The translations under genes and the position numbers were made by a program. Source: Thermoproteota archaeon (GTDB lineage: Archaea > Thermoproteota > Thermoprotei_A > EX4484-217-1). From it: DNA of 64,000 bases. Where the stretch lies: positions 101,183 to 165,182 of the forward strand of contig JAPDJU010000006.1 of assembly GCA_029258915.1 (NCBI GenBank), read 5' to 3'. Of this stretch, positions 50,163-60,440 are shown piece by piece; the stretch's first letter is position 1, and each line of letters opens with the position of its first letter. The notes below the pieces were generated by a model that saw only the letters and a program-made list of their open reading frames with translations, was not told where the DNA came from and made no database searches.

Positions 50163-50963
50163 TCACTCAATAGGCTTTTTTATCCCAGGAGGGTATGTGT
50201 AGTACTTCCCGAACTCCGTGTTTGCAAGTTCTTCAGCATAGAAAACAGGGCCATCAGAGCATACACGTAATCCTTTAGGGTCTAGTACGCATGAACCACA
50301 AATACCTATACCGCATTTAATGTATCTTTCAATAGAGATTTGACATTTAACTCCTAGTTCTAAGCATTTAAGCATAATTTTATATAGCATTCTTTCAGGA
50401 CCGCAGGCTAAAACATTATCGTATTTTGCAATAAGTTTTTCAGCAACTTCAACGGCAGATCCTTTAAACCCTAATGACCCATCATCTGTAGCAATGTAAA
50501 CCTCAGCATTGAATTTTCTAGCTTCACTGACGAACAGGAGTTTATCCTTGCTTCTAGCACCGATAATGTATGCTACATTTTTTCCTTTCTTCCTAAGTTC
50601 ATGTAGTGCATAAATTATTGGGGCAGCACCATATCCTCCAGCTATAAGTAGAAAATTACCTTTTTCATCTAAATTAAAACCCCTTCCATAAGGCCCCCTT
50701 ATAAATAGTCTTTCACCAGGCTTTAAACTATGTATTTTTCTTGTTGTTTCACCTACTGTAGCTACTGTTAACCTTAAAACGTTCCTTTCATACATTGAAG
50801 GGCTTATGGGAATTTCTTCAAAACCTGGAACCCAAACCATAACAAACTGTCCTGGAATAGGTTTTTCAATAGACGTTTCTAATAGAAGAGATTTAATGCC
50901 CTCAGCTTCCTTTACAACCTTAACTATCTCTGCTTTACACATTTTCAGTGTTTCAAGAAACAT
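50163..50963 (-). CDS. pyrK: Dihydroorotate dehydrogenase electron-transfer subunit
   Basis: FAD/NAD-binding fold with C-terminal Fe-S motif CGIGICGSC. Internal Met chosen as start; the track ORF extends to 51002. Confidence 0.75.
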   Translation of the reverse strand: MFLETLKMCKAEIVKVVKEAEGIKSLLLETSIEKPIPGQFVMVWVPGFEEIPISPSMYERNVLRLTVATVGETTRKIHSLKPGERLFIRGPYGRGFNLDEKGNFLLIAGGYGAAPIIYALHELRKKGKNVAYIIGARSKDKLLFVSEARKFNAEVYIATDDGSLGFKGSAVEVAEKLIAKYDNVLACGPERMLYKIMLKCLELGVKCQISIERYIKCGIGICGSCVLDPKGLRVCSDGPVFYAEELANTEFGKYYTYPPGIKKPIE

Positions 50964-52248
50964 TTTCAAAAACACCACCATATTTCTTAACATTAATTCC
51001 ATATCCTTTCTTAGAAACTATTTCACCATCAATAAATACTGGTTTTCCTCTAACAAATGTTGCTTTAACCTTTCCCCTAACCTTCCATCCATTAAATGGA
51101 GAGTGTTTTGCTTTACTGAAAAACGTTTTTGAATTCACAGTATACTCTTCACTTAAATCTACAACTGCTAAGTTTGCAAACATGTCCTCCTTTATTTTCC
51201 CGACGTATCTATGTAGTTCTAAAATTTTAGCTGGATTTGAAGAATACAGTTTAACTACATCTTTTAAGCTAATAATGTTCTTTACAGTTAAAGTTAACAA
51301 TAGAGGTAAGGCTGTTTCTAAACCTGGGAAACCGGGTTTAGGTTTTTCAGAGAATTTTTCATCGGAACTATGTGGTGCATGGTCTGTGGTTATAGCATCT
51401 ATTTTTCCTAGAGAAAGAGTTTTCAAAAGATTTTCCTGAACATTTTTGCTTCTAAGAGGAGGGTTAACTCTGAAGTACTTGTTTTTCAAGTGAAACTCTT
51501 TATTAAGCAATAAGTAATGGGGGCAAGTGTCTATGGTTATGTTACCTTTGTGTTTAACTAGTTTTACAATGTAGCTTGTTGTGACATGTGTTATATGTGC
51601 TTTAACCCTGTATTTCCTATGCAATTCTAATACTTTAACAGCTCCTGAAATCTCTGCATCTAAAGGTCTTTCATCGTTTTTAAACAAATATGGGTTTTCA
51701 GCATGAAAAACTGTTAGTATGTTTTTTGAAGAAACGTATTTTATAAGCTCTTCAAATACTTCTCTACAATTATGGAATAAGTTTTCAGGATAGACTTTTA
51801 CACCTATGGCTTTTCTTTCAAACCCCATTATTTCTCTTTTAACGTTTGGAACACCATAGTATAGAGCATAGTCTACTACAGATTTCTCGGAAGCAACTTT
51901 ATCTCTCATTTCTAAAACTGGTAAGGTGTTTGTTTTAGGCTTAGTATTAGGCATATCAGCTACTATAGTTACTCCTCCTGCCGCTGCAGCTGAGGTTCCA
52001 CTATAGAAGTCTTCCTTATATGATTCTTTAAAATCTCTCATGTGCGTATGAATATCTATTGCTCCAGGCAGTATCAATAATCTGTTTTTTAGAAAATTGA
52101 AGGTTTCTTCTTTAAACCTGCCTTTAAATGTTCCCTTAGATATTTTAGTTATAATGCCTAAATCGTTAATCTCTATAGTGACGTTGTCAACTATTCTCCC
52201 TTCGATAAACGCTTTCCCTATAATGACTGTTGCCACAATACCACACAT
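50953..52248 (-). CDS. pyrC: Dihydroorotase
   Basis: Amidohydrolase metal-binding DIHTHMRDF motif. Confidence 0.8.
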   Translation of the reverse strand: MCGIVATVIIGKAFIEGRIVDNVTIEINDLGIITKISKGTFKGRFKEETFNFLKNRLLILPGAIDIHTHMRDFKESYKEDFYSGTSAAAAGGVTIVADMPNTKPKTNTLPVLEMRDKVASEKSVVDYALYYGVPNVKREIMGFERKAIGVKVYPENLFHNCREVFEELIKYVSSKNILTVFHAENPYLFKNDERPLDAEISGAVKVLELHRKYRVKAHITHVTTSYIVKLVKHKGNITIDTCPHYLLLNKEFHLKNKYFRVNPPLRSKNVQENLLKTLSLGKIDAITTDHAPHSSDEKFSEKPKPGFPGLETALPLLLTLTVKNIISLKDVVKLYSSNPAKILELHRYVGKIKEDMFANLAVVDLSEEYTVNSKTFFSKAKHSPFNGWKVRGKVKATFVRGKPVFIDGEIVSKKGYGINVKKYGGVFENVS

Positions 52249-52249
52249 T

Positions 52250-52723
52250 CTAAAGCTGTTTAAACTGTTTAACTACATCCTCTCTAGTCGTATATCTTTC
52301 ACAGTATGAACATTGGAGAATTAAAGGCTCCTCCGATACCACCTTGAACCGAGGTTTAACATGCTCTCTAGGCCTGTTTGTTATACAGTTAGGGTTAGAA
52401 CATTTAACAATTCCATCGATTATTCTTGGAAGTTTTACTCTAACCTTCTTTACAACTTTGTAATCTCTTATGATGTTTATCGTAGCTTTAGGTGCTATTA
52501 AAGCTATCATGTTTACTTCTTTAGGAGCTAATTCTCTGCCTTCAACTTTAACTATATCCTTAAGTCCTAGTTTCTTACTTTCAACATTCATAACTATAGC
52601 TACTCTATATCCTTCAGATCCCTTTATACCTAAGATCTTTAAAACGTTAAGTGCGTTACCGGCAGATATATGGTCTATTACTGTTCCGTTCCTTATTTTT
52701 CTAACCAAGAGTTCTTCTTCCAT
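52250..52723 (-). CDS. pyrI: Aspartate carbamoyltransferase regulatory subunit
   Basis: C-terminal zinc domain with CSNPNC...CSYCE cysteines. Confidence 0.85.
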   Translation of the reverse strand: MEEELLVRKIRNGTVIDHISAGNALNVLKILGIKGSEGYRVAIVMNVESKKLGLKDIVKVEGRELAPKEVNMIALIAPKATINIIRDYKVVKKVRVKLPRIIDGIVKCSNPNCITNRPREHVKPRFKVVSEEPLILQCSYCERYTTREDVVKQFKQL

Positions 52724-52725
52724 AC

Positions 52726-53646
52726 TTAATCACCACTAAGTATTAGTTTTAAAAGAGCCATTCTCACAGGAACACCATAAGATGCTTGTTTAAAATAGTA
52801 AGCATACCTTGTCACATCAACATCGAAGGATATTTCCTCAACTCTAGGCAGCGGATGTAATATCATTAGATCTTCTTTAGCATATTTTAAAATATTAGAG
52901 GTTACCCTATAGCTTCCTTTAACTTTTTCATATTCTGCTAGATCCGGAAATCTTTCCCTCTGAATTCTTGTAACGTAAAGTACATCAAGTCCCCCTAGAA
53001 CTTCTTTCAGGTTTTGTGTTTCTACGTATTTTACATTATGTTCTTCAAGAAATTCTCTTATCTCAGGCTTTACTCTGAGTTCCTGTGGAGATATGAGGTA
53101 TAGTTTTTTAGGTTTAAATATTGTTGAAGCTAAGATGAATGAGGAAGCTGCTCTACCATACTTGAGATCACCTAGAACACCTAAGGTTAAACCTTCAATA
53201 CCTCCTTTTTCCCTCCATATAGTATAGTAGTCTATCATGGCTTGTGTAGGGTGGTGATGTGTTCCATCTCCAGCATTTATAACAGGCGATTCAGCTATTT
53301 CCGCAGCGTAGCTGGCTGCTCCTTCTATCCTATGTCTAATAACTATCGCATTAGCGTAGGAGTCAAGCATTCTTATAGTGTCACCTAAATTTTCTCCTTT
53401 AGCTATAGACGTTTTTTCAACTTCTGAAAACACTAAAACTGACCCTCCAAGCCTAAGCATTGCTGTTTGAAAACTAAACATTGTTCTTGTACTTGGTTCA
53501 AAAAATGCTAGAGCTAAAACCTTACCTTGAAGAATGTTTATCCTTGATTTAGCATACTTCTCCATTTCCCTTGCTTCTTTGAATAATGTTATAAGATCTT
53601 CTTTTGTAAAATCGAGTATTGAAATAACATCTCTACCTTTAAACAT
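52726..53646 (-). CDS. pyrB: Aspartate carbamoyltransferase catalytic subunit
   Basis: STRT carbamoyl-phosphate-binding motif and HPLP motif. Start placed at the [13 protein letters not shown] Met; the track ORF extends to 53664. Confidence 0.85.
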   Translation of the reverse strand: MFKGRDVISILDFTKEDLITLFKEAREMEKYAKSRINILQGKVLALAFFEPSTRTMFSFQTAMLRLGGSVLVFSEVEKTSIAKGENLGDTIRMLDSYANAIVIRHRIEGAASYAAEIAESPVINAGDGTHHHPTQAMIDYYTIWREKGGIEGLTLGVLGDLKYGRAASSFILASTIFKPKKLYLISPQELRVKPEIREFLEEHNVKYVETQNLKEVLGGLDVLYVTRIQRERFPDLAEYEKVKGSYRVTSNILKYAKEDLMILHPLPRVEEISFDVDVTRYAYYFKQASYGVPVRMALLKLILSGD

Positions 53647-54247
53647 GGTTAAACACCCTAACATAATCTATTATTTCACGATATTTTGTTTCAGAAATAA
53701 AACCTAAACTCCTAATATATTTGAGGAGCTCAGTAACTGTAAATATTGAAATTAACTTTACATTTTCCTTCTCCAAATTCCTTTTAGCACCCTGTTCTCT
53801 ATCAACAAATACTACAGCATATTCCGTTTTTACACTGTTTTCCCGCAGTATTCTAGTAGCTCTTAGTAAGCTACCTCCAGTAGTTGATACATCATCAACT
53901 ACTATAGCATATTTGCCTTCAGATATTTCTCCTTCAATAAGCTTCATAGCTCCATGCTCCTTAGGTTTCTTTCTAACATATGCTAAAGGCTTATTGAGAA
54001 TATAAGCTAAAATTGCAGCCCAAGGTATGCTTCCCGTTTCGATACCTACGATAACATCGACTTCAGGTATTTTCTCGACCACATTTTTATATGCTTCAAT
54101 TATTTCCCTAAGTAAATGGGGTTTTGAAAGCGCTTTTCTTAAATCTATGTAGTACGGGCTTTCAATACCTGATGCCAACTTGAATTTGCCAAAAAGAATT
54201 ATTCCCTCCTCGTAAAGTTTTTTAGCAAGCTCAGCCTTCTTCACCAT
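53639..54247 (-). CDS. pyrE: Orotate phosphoribosyltransferase
   Basis: PRPP-binding motif [11 protein letters not shown]. Confidence 0.85.
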   Translation of the reverse strand: MVKKAELAKKLYEEGIILFGKFKLASGIESPYYIDLRKALSKPHLLREIIEAYKNVVEKIPEVDVIVGIETGSIPWAAILAYILNKPLAYVRKKPKEHGAMKLIEGEISEGKYAIVVDDVSTTGGSLLRATRILRENSVKTEYAVVFVDREQGAKRNLEKENVKLISIFTVTELLKYIRSLGFISETKYREIIDYVRVFNHV

Positions 54248-54250
54248 AAT

Positions 54251-54970
54251 TTACCACCTCAACTTTTTTGCAAAGAACTCCGCAGATTTTTTAGGGTCTT
54301 TAGCCAGGTAAATGGATCTACCAATTATTTCAAAATCTGCTCCAGCACTAACAGCCGCTCCGGGTTCAGCACCTTGAACACCTACACCTGGGGATACTAT
54401 GATTTTATCCTTAGCTAGACTTCTTGCTTCTTTAATTAATTGAGGTCTTGTAGCAGGCAAAATTAATCCATCAACACCTGCCTTAAGTGAGGTATTAATG
54501 TTTTCATTAAACAACTTATTTATTGCTTCATCTGCTCCTTTATGCGTCATCGCACATACCGTTAAAAACCCCAGCCCGTTTCTTTTAGCTTCATCGACTA
54601 TTGTTTTCACAGCATCGTACCCTATTACTGCATGAGCTATTATAGCGTTAAAACCCATGAAAGCAGCTTCTTTAACGAGAAAGCTTGAAACATAGCCTAT
54701 ATCTGCTACTTTCATGTCTGCTATGAAAAAGCAGTTCCATGCTTTATTTGTAATCAGTTCTTTAACGGCATCCGGTGTAAGTGAAAGTATTGTTGGTAAC
54801 CCTATTTTCACGCCTGCAACATATTCTTCAACAGATGAAAGCAGCTTCTCCAATTTATCAGCTATTTTAAACCTATGTTCTCTATGTTCCGCATAGAGGT
54901 CTACGGCTAGAATTAACCTGCTATTCTTTCGAGAAGCTATCTTTAGAGCCTTCGAGACAAAAACTGACAA
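54251..54970 (-). CDS. pyrF: Orotidine 5'-phosphate decarboxylase
   Basis: LILAVDL and DMKVADIG motifs. Confidence 0.8.
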   Translation of the reverse strand: MSVFVSKALKIASRKNSRLILAVDLYAEHREHRFKIADKLEKLLSSVEEYVAGVKIGLPTILSLTPDAVKELITNKAWNCFFIADMKVADIGYVSSFLVKEAAFMGFNAIIAHAVIGYDAVKTIVDEAKRNGLGFLTVCAMTHKGADEAINKLFNENINTSLKAGVDGLILPATRPQLIKEARSLAKDKIIVSPGVGVQGAEPGAAVSAGADFEIIGRSIYLAKDPKKSAEFFAKKLRW

Positions 54971-55146
54971 GAGCCCGCACTAAATAATGGTTTTAGGGGG
55001 TTTTAAATTTTAACCTTTAAAATACACCTTGAAAAACCAATATGCTATTCAACCATAAACATTGTAGCCAATATTTTAAAGAAAAATCATTTAAAATATT
55101 TAGTAGGTGAACCAAAATAGGAGTTCTTGAAGAAATTAAAAGAATA

Positions 55147-55779
55147 ATGAGTACTGTAGAGGAAATTGACATCAGCAAATTAGAGAAGCTTGTTGAAGAA
55201 GCTTTAGAAAAGTATGAACCCTATGATGTTATTGAAAAAGCTTTAAGACCTGCTATGGAAGAGGTTGGCAGGAAGTTTGAACGTGGAGAATACTTTATTG
55301 CAGAACTTGTTTTAGTTGCTGATGTGTTTAAAGAGATTTTTAACAAATTCTTTAAACCAAGAGTTTCTAAGGTAAGTAAAGCTAAACCTATGGGTAAAGT
55401 AGTCATAGGAACTATTGAAGGAGATATTCACGATATAGGTAAAAGCATTGTAGCTGCAATTTTGGAAGCATCAGGATTCGAAGTTATAGACTTAGGTGTA
55501 GATGTTTCCGCTGATAAATTTGTTAAGGAAGCGGAAAAACATAGTGCAGATGTTATAGCTATGTCTTCTCTTCTAACAACAACAATGCTTAACATGGGCA
55601 AAGTTACTGAGTTGTTGAAAGAGAAGGGCATAAGAGATAAGTACATTGTTATTATTGGTGGGGCAGCTGCTTCAGAAGAGTTCGCTAGAAAAATTGGAGC
55701 AGATGCTTACGGCATAGACGCATATGATGGTTTAAAGAAATTAAAGAAACTTATTGCTGAAAAGCGGAAACAACAATAG
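55147..55779 (+). CDS. Corrinoid (cobalamin-binding) protein of a methyltransferase system
   Basis: B12-binding DxHxxG motif (GDIHDIGK) with an N-terminal helical cap. Confidence 0.75.
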   Translation: MSTVEEIDISKLEKLVEEALEKYEPYDVIEKALRPAMEEVGRKFERGEYFIAELVLVADVFKEIFNKFFKPRVSKVSKAKPMGKVVIGTIEGDIHDIGKSIVAAILEASGFEVIDLGVDVSADKFVKEAEKHSADVIAMSSLLTTTMLNMGKVTELLKEKGIRDKYIVIIGGAAASEEFARKIGADAYGIDAYDGLKKLKKLIAEKRKQQ

Positions 55780-55791
55780 ATTAAACTAGCT

Positions 55792-56850
55792 CTATAGTGA
55801 AACCTCAGGTAAGCCAATAAGTTTTCTAACAGCATTAACCTTAGCTAGTGCAAGTTTTTCTCCGAAACTTCTTTTAGGATATGGCCTATGAGTTACGCTT
55901 AACACTATTTTCCTGGGCCCATGCTTATCTAGCATTTTCTTAACAACTTTAACAAAGTCTTTAACATCAATGCTATCGTTTAAGACGAGGTCTATTGAAA
56001 CACCTGTATGGAAAACTGCTTTCCAACCTATATCCCTTCTAGCTTTAGAAACTCTATTTACCCAGTTTAATGCTGCTTCCACGGTGCTTTTACTGCAAAG
56101 ATCTAAAGGATGTATTCCATCATATATTTCAGCTAGTTTCCGTATGTATCCTAACTTAGTAACATCACCATCACAATGTAGGATGGCTTTTTTACCTTTG
56201 GCTTTAACAGCATTGACAAATATTCTATGCCATTTAAGATAGCAATTATCCATAAACCATGTAGGATATATTGGACTACTATAGGTAAACGCGTCATCAG
56301 CTATTCTAACAGCATCAACGATATCTAGTTCTCTAGCATATTTTATTACCTCTAAAATATACTTCGCCAGTTTATCATACAGTTTAATTGCTTTTTTACG
56401 GTTAAGCAGGAGTAGTTTTGAAAAATCTAAGTTATGATAAGCTAAATCATACTTATAGCCGCTTTCAGGCCTAGGAGGCATCATAGAATATTCAGAGTAT
56501 TCTGTAGGACCCACTACTTCAAAAACTATAAACAAATCCTTCCCATAGAAAGGTTCAACATTTTCCTTAAACCCCTTAACACAAGAATCTACTACATCAC
56601 TTTCACTAGGCCAGCTATAATCTGTTTCAACATCTAATCTCTCAACCCATTCAAGTAAACTTTCACCTTCACGCCTACGAAACGGTCCGCCACTGTAAAA
56701 CCAGTCTTCCCATAGATAAACCCATCCATGGCCTAAAAGCACATCCCCAAGTTTTGCTTCATGATTCTTCTCAATACTTTCAAAATGCAATGGCAAACGA
56801 TCGTAAAAAACATCTTCATAAACAGCATATACCAAGTCTCTACTTTTCAC
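55792..56850 (-). CDS. Uroporphyrinogen decarboxylase-family protein (MtaA/CmuA-like methylcobamide methyltransferase)
   Basis: N-terminal DRLP motif and ILHCDGD segment consistent with the URO-D fold. Confidence 0.55.
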   Translation of the reverse strand: MKSRDLVYAVYEDVFYDRLPLHFESIEKNHEAKLGDVLLGHGWVYLWEDWFYSGGPFRRREGESLLEWVERLDVETDYSWPSESDVVDSCVKGFKENVEPFYGKDLFIVFEVVGPTEYSEYSMMPPRPESGYKYDLAYHNLDFSKLLLLNRKKAIKLYDKLAKYILEVIKYARELDIVDAVRIADDAFTYSSPIYPTWFMDNCYLKWHRIFVNAVKAKGKKAILHCDGDVTKLGYIRKLAEIYDGIHPLDLCSKSTVEAALNWVNRVSKARRDIGWKAVFHTGVSIDLVLNDSIDVKDFVKVVKKMLDKHGPRKIVLSVTHRPYPKRSFGEKLALAKVNAVRKLIGLPEVSL

Positions 56851-57037
56851 ATCAAACCCCGTAAGCTAAACCTTCAAAAATACTTCTATTAAGACAGCTA
56901 TTAAATATTTAAAACGTAGGTATGCTTTTACATCTCATAAACATGTAAGTAAAAAATATAGCTTCTTAGATTATTTAAGGAAAAACTTTAATTAAAGTTT
57001 TTTCTTTAACAATCTGAACATATGTTGGTGTTATAAT

Positions 57038-58057
57038 ATGGTTGGTAAGCTTTCCCCTTCATTTTTAAGCAAATACGTTTTTTCCAGGATAGGTGTTAAA
57101 GATCCATCGGTTATTGTCGGTCCTTCCATCGGTGAAGACTCTGCAATCATCGATTTACATGATGGCAGGGTTTTGGTTGCCCACGTAGATCCTATAACAG
57201 GTGCCGTTGAGTTTCTCGGCTGGCTTGCCGTACATATATCCTGTAACGATGTTGCTGTAACTGGGGCTAAACCTCAATGGCTCCTATCTGTACTTTATCT
57301 TCCGGAAAACGCTAGTGAAGAACTTATAGATAAAATAACTAAACAAATAGATTCAGCTGCTAAGGAATTAGGATCTATGATTGTAGGAGGACATTCAGAA
57401 TATACCCCTGGACTAAATAGGCCATTAATATCCATGACAGCTCTCGGTATTGTAGATAAAGATAAGGCCGTAAGAACAGGCGGTGCTAGAGTAGGTGACG
57501 CTATTATAATGACTAAAACAGCTGCTATAGAGGGAACAGCAATACTTTCCACGGATTTTGCCGATCAGCTATTGTCTAAAGGAGTATCTCACGACGTTAT
57601 TAAACGCGGTGCTGAATTCATTAGAAAAGTTAGTGTTGTTAAGGAAGCATTATTACTTGCTAAAGAAGGTTATGCTACATCAATGCATGACCCTACTGAG
57701 GGAGGAATACTTGGAGGCTTAACCGAAATAGCATTTGCTTCTAATAAAACCATAGAGGTTTGGGAAGAAAAAATACCTGTAGCTGAAGAAACAGAGGTAA
57801 TGGCTAAAGCTCTTAACGTTGACATCCTTAAGCTCATAAGTTCTGGAGTATTAGTAGCAGCTGTCCCTAAGGCTCTTGCGGATGAAGCAGTATCGCTGCT
57901 TAGAAAACATGGAATTAAAGCATCTATAATAGGGTTAGTACATGAACACAAACATGGCCTAGTAGTTTTACATAGAAAAGATGGTAGAAAAGAAGTTTAC
58001 GATGAAGTTTATGTTGAAGATGAACTTGTTAGGTTATGGAAGGAGCTTAAAAGGTAA
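57038..58057 (+). CDS. PurM-like (AIR synthase-related) protein, HypE/ThiL-like
   Basis: PurM-fold N-domain motif GPSIGEDSAII...VAHVDP and SCNDVAVTGAKP; lacks the HypE C-terminal PRIC. Confidence 0.6.
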   Translation: MVGKLSPSFLSKYVFSRIGVKDPSVIVGPSIGEDSAIIDLHDGRVLVAHVDPITGAVEFLGWLAVHISCNDVAVTGAKPQWLLSVLYLPENASEELIDKITKQIDSAAKELGSMIVGGHSEYTPGLNRPLISMTALGIVDKDKAVRTGGARVGDAIIMTKTAAIEGTAILSTDFADQLLSKGVSHDVIKRGAEFIRKVSVVKEALLLAKEGYATSMHDPTEGGILGGLTEIAFASNKTIEVWEEKIPVAEETEVMAKALNVDILKLISSGVLVAAVPKALADEAVSLLRKHGIKASIIGLVHEHKHGLVVLHRKDGRKEVYDEVYVEDELVRLWKELKR

Positions 58058-58062
58058 GGCTT

Positions 58063-58884
58063 ATGGAAGTTCTTCCATTTGCAAAATGCAGATTAGACGG
58101 TAACTGTCTCAAATGCCCATTTAGAGGCAAAGCTATAGTTTATGGGCCATTTAAATCTCATAGAAGAGGAATCTCCATAGGGATAAACCTATTCCCATGT
58201 AGGAAAGTATGTAGTTTTAACTGTGTATACTGTTTTCGAGGATTTACAGAAGTAAAAACTTTAAAACCCGCTATTCCACCATACAGCCTTTCACCTGCTA
58301 TTCTTAGAGAAGCCTTAGAGAAAGCTATTAACACTATAGGTAGTGTTGATGCCATAGACTTTTCAGGTAGCGGTGAACCAACACTTCATCCTAAACTTAA
58401 ATCATACATAAATACAGTTAAAGAATTTGCTAAAGAAAAGAGCTTAAATGCAAGCATAGGTATATTTACAAATTCTACAACATTATTTAGAAACAACATT
58501 GTAAAGGTCTTAAAAGAATTAGATCATGTTGAAGCAAAACTTGATACCGTTATTGAGTGGAAGTTTAGAGTAATAAATAGACCTCACAAATTATTGTCGA
58601 TTAAGAAAATTATTGAAGGCCTATTTAGTTTTAGAAAAGTTTTCGAAGGAACATTAGCAATACAGATTATGCTGCTTAAATATAATAGGGTAAACAATTA
58701 TGGTTTAAAAGATGCAAGGCTTATTGGAGAAACATTGTTAACCATAGAACCCGACATAGTCCATGTATATGTTCCATACCGTATACCCCGCCTATCTAGT
58801 GTTTCAAAACCATCTAAACAGGAAGTTGTAGAGTTCTCTAAAATCCTAAGAGAATACGGCCTCAAAGTTAAATCGTTTATATGA
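58063..58884 (+). CDS. Radical SAM protein (activase-like)
   Basis: CSFNCVYC cluster motif and SGSGEPTLHP SAM-binding motif; additional N-terminal Cys pairs. Confidence 0.7.
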   Translation: MEVLPFAKCRLDGNCLKCPFRGKAIVYGPFKSHRRGISIGINLFPCRKVCSFNCVYCFRGFTEVKTLKPAIPPYSLSPAILREALEKAINTIGSVDAIDFSGSGEPTLHPKLKSYINTVKEFAKEKSLNASIGIFTNSTTLFRNNIVKVLKELDHVEAKLDTVIEWKFRVINRPHKLLSIKKIIEGLFSFRKVFEGTLAIQIMLLKYNRVNNYGLKDARLIGETLLTIEPDIVHVYVPYRIPRLSSVSKPSKQEVVEFSKILREYGLKVKSFI

Positions 58885-58899
58885 CCGCAGGCGAAGGTA

Positions 58900-60144
58900 A
58901 TGGGCGAAGAAGTTTTAAAGCCCATTCCAAGAGGTAAGAGAGTTTTCAAAGGCATAGATGTGTTTTTACTATGGGCTGGCGGTAATACTTGTCTTGCAAC
59001 AATATTTACAGGCGGTATTATAGGTCCTAAACTTGGAATACTTTATTCAATAGCCATAATACTTATTGGTTCAACTATAGGAGGGTTCTTACTAGGTTTA
59101 GTTGCATTACTAGGTGAACGGAAAGGTCTACCAACAATGGTTCTTACGAGAAAAGTCGTTACAACGAAAGGCTCCTATATCGCATCAGTTCTTAACGCTA
59201 TTCAGCTTATCGGCTGGACTTCAATACTTCTCTATGCAAGTGCTGAAGCAGCTGCGAGCGCTATGGAAGCTTTGCTTGGAGAAACAGTGCTTGTAAATAC
59301 TATAGTATGGGTTATTGTAATAGGTGTGGTTGAAACAGTATATACGTTAATAGGGCCTAAAAGATGGGTTCTATGTCAGAGAATAGCTGTTACTACATTA
59401 ATTATCGTGCTATGTTATGAAGCATATGCATTATTTAATTACATGCTATCTCAACCTGTGAGCCTTACGTCTCCCCCTAGCCGTGCTGATGTTCTTTGGG
59501 GTTTCGACATGGTTTTAGCTACAGCAGTTTCTTGGGCACCTCTTGTAGCAGACTATTCTAGACTTGCCAAATCCAGTTTAGGAGCTATTATAGGAACTTG
59601 GTGGGGATATACTACAACAAGCTACGTACTATACTCTATAGGTACGTTGGCCGCAGTAATTACAGGAGCTTATCTTGGTGATCCTACGCAGGTTGCAATA
59701 AGCTTAGGTCTTAGCGCAGTAGTTTTCATATTTATTGCTATAAGTGCTGTAACTACGAATCTACTAAATCTATATTCAGCAGTAGTATCAACAATGAACG
59801 TGTTCCCAAGAACTAGCTATAGGAGCCTCGTAATATTTTTCGGCACCATATCCACTGTTTTAGCAGCATTCCCCGTGTTCTTTATTTACTTTGAAGAATT
59901 CCTTTACTACATAGGCTCAGTATTTGTACCATTAATAGCAGTCCTAATAATACATTATATTTACGGGAAAAAGAAAATCATTACGTTAAGGTCTGCTGAA
60001 ACCGTTGGACTCATAAGCTGGATTATTGGTGTACTAATCAGCGGATTTGTTATTGAAAATATAGGGTTTGGAGCCACCATAGTAGCATTACTAACAACAG
60101 CTTGTGTAGATGCATTACTACTAACAATTATATCTACAAAGTAG
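58900..60144 (+). CDS. NCS1-family nucleobase/vitamin-precursor:cation symporter (cytosine/HMP permease-like)
   Basis: Twelve-TM pattern with N-terminal WAGGNT motif. Confidence 0.65.
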   Translation: MGEEVLKPIPRGKRVFKGIDVFLLWAGGNTCLATIFTGGIIGPKLGILYSIAIILIGSTIGGFLLGLVALLGERKGLPTMVLTRKVVTTKGSYIASVLNAIQLIGWTSILLYASAEAAASAMEALLGETVLVNTIVWVIVIGVVETVYTLIGPKRWVLCQRIAVTTLIIVLCYEAYALFNYMLSQPVSLTSPPSRADVLWGFDMVLATAVSWAPLVADYSRLAKSSLGAIIGTWWGYTTTSYVLYSIGTLAAVITGAYLGDPTQVAISLGLSAVVFIFIAISAVTTNLLNLYSAVVSTMNVFPRTSYRSLVIFFGTISTVLAAFPVFFIYFEEFLYYIGSVFVPLIAVLIIHYIYGKKKIITLRSAETVGLISWIIGVLISGFVIENIGFGATIVALLTTACVDALLLTIISTK

Positions 60145-60440
60145 CTTCAATTCATTGCAGATTGTTCATGATTTATACACATAAAATAGTGTTTTCTTCA
60201 TTACTTTAACATGTGATGTTATTTGACTTTTTAGTTGCGAATAACTTTGAGCATGTTTTAAAGCGTAGAATTCATGGTAATGGGAAAATCAAGTTCCTTA
60301 TTAAATAGCTAATACATACACAGTCTGTACCATTTTAATATTTAAACGTTTACATCAAAGTAATACCGGGATGGATTAATAAAGGTTTAAATATTTGTGT
60401 AAATCCCTACATATGTGGGGGGCTAACTATTAAAGTAGAT

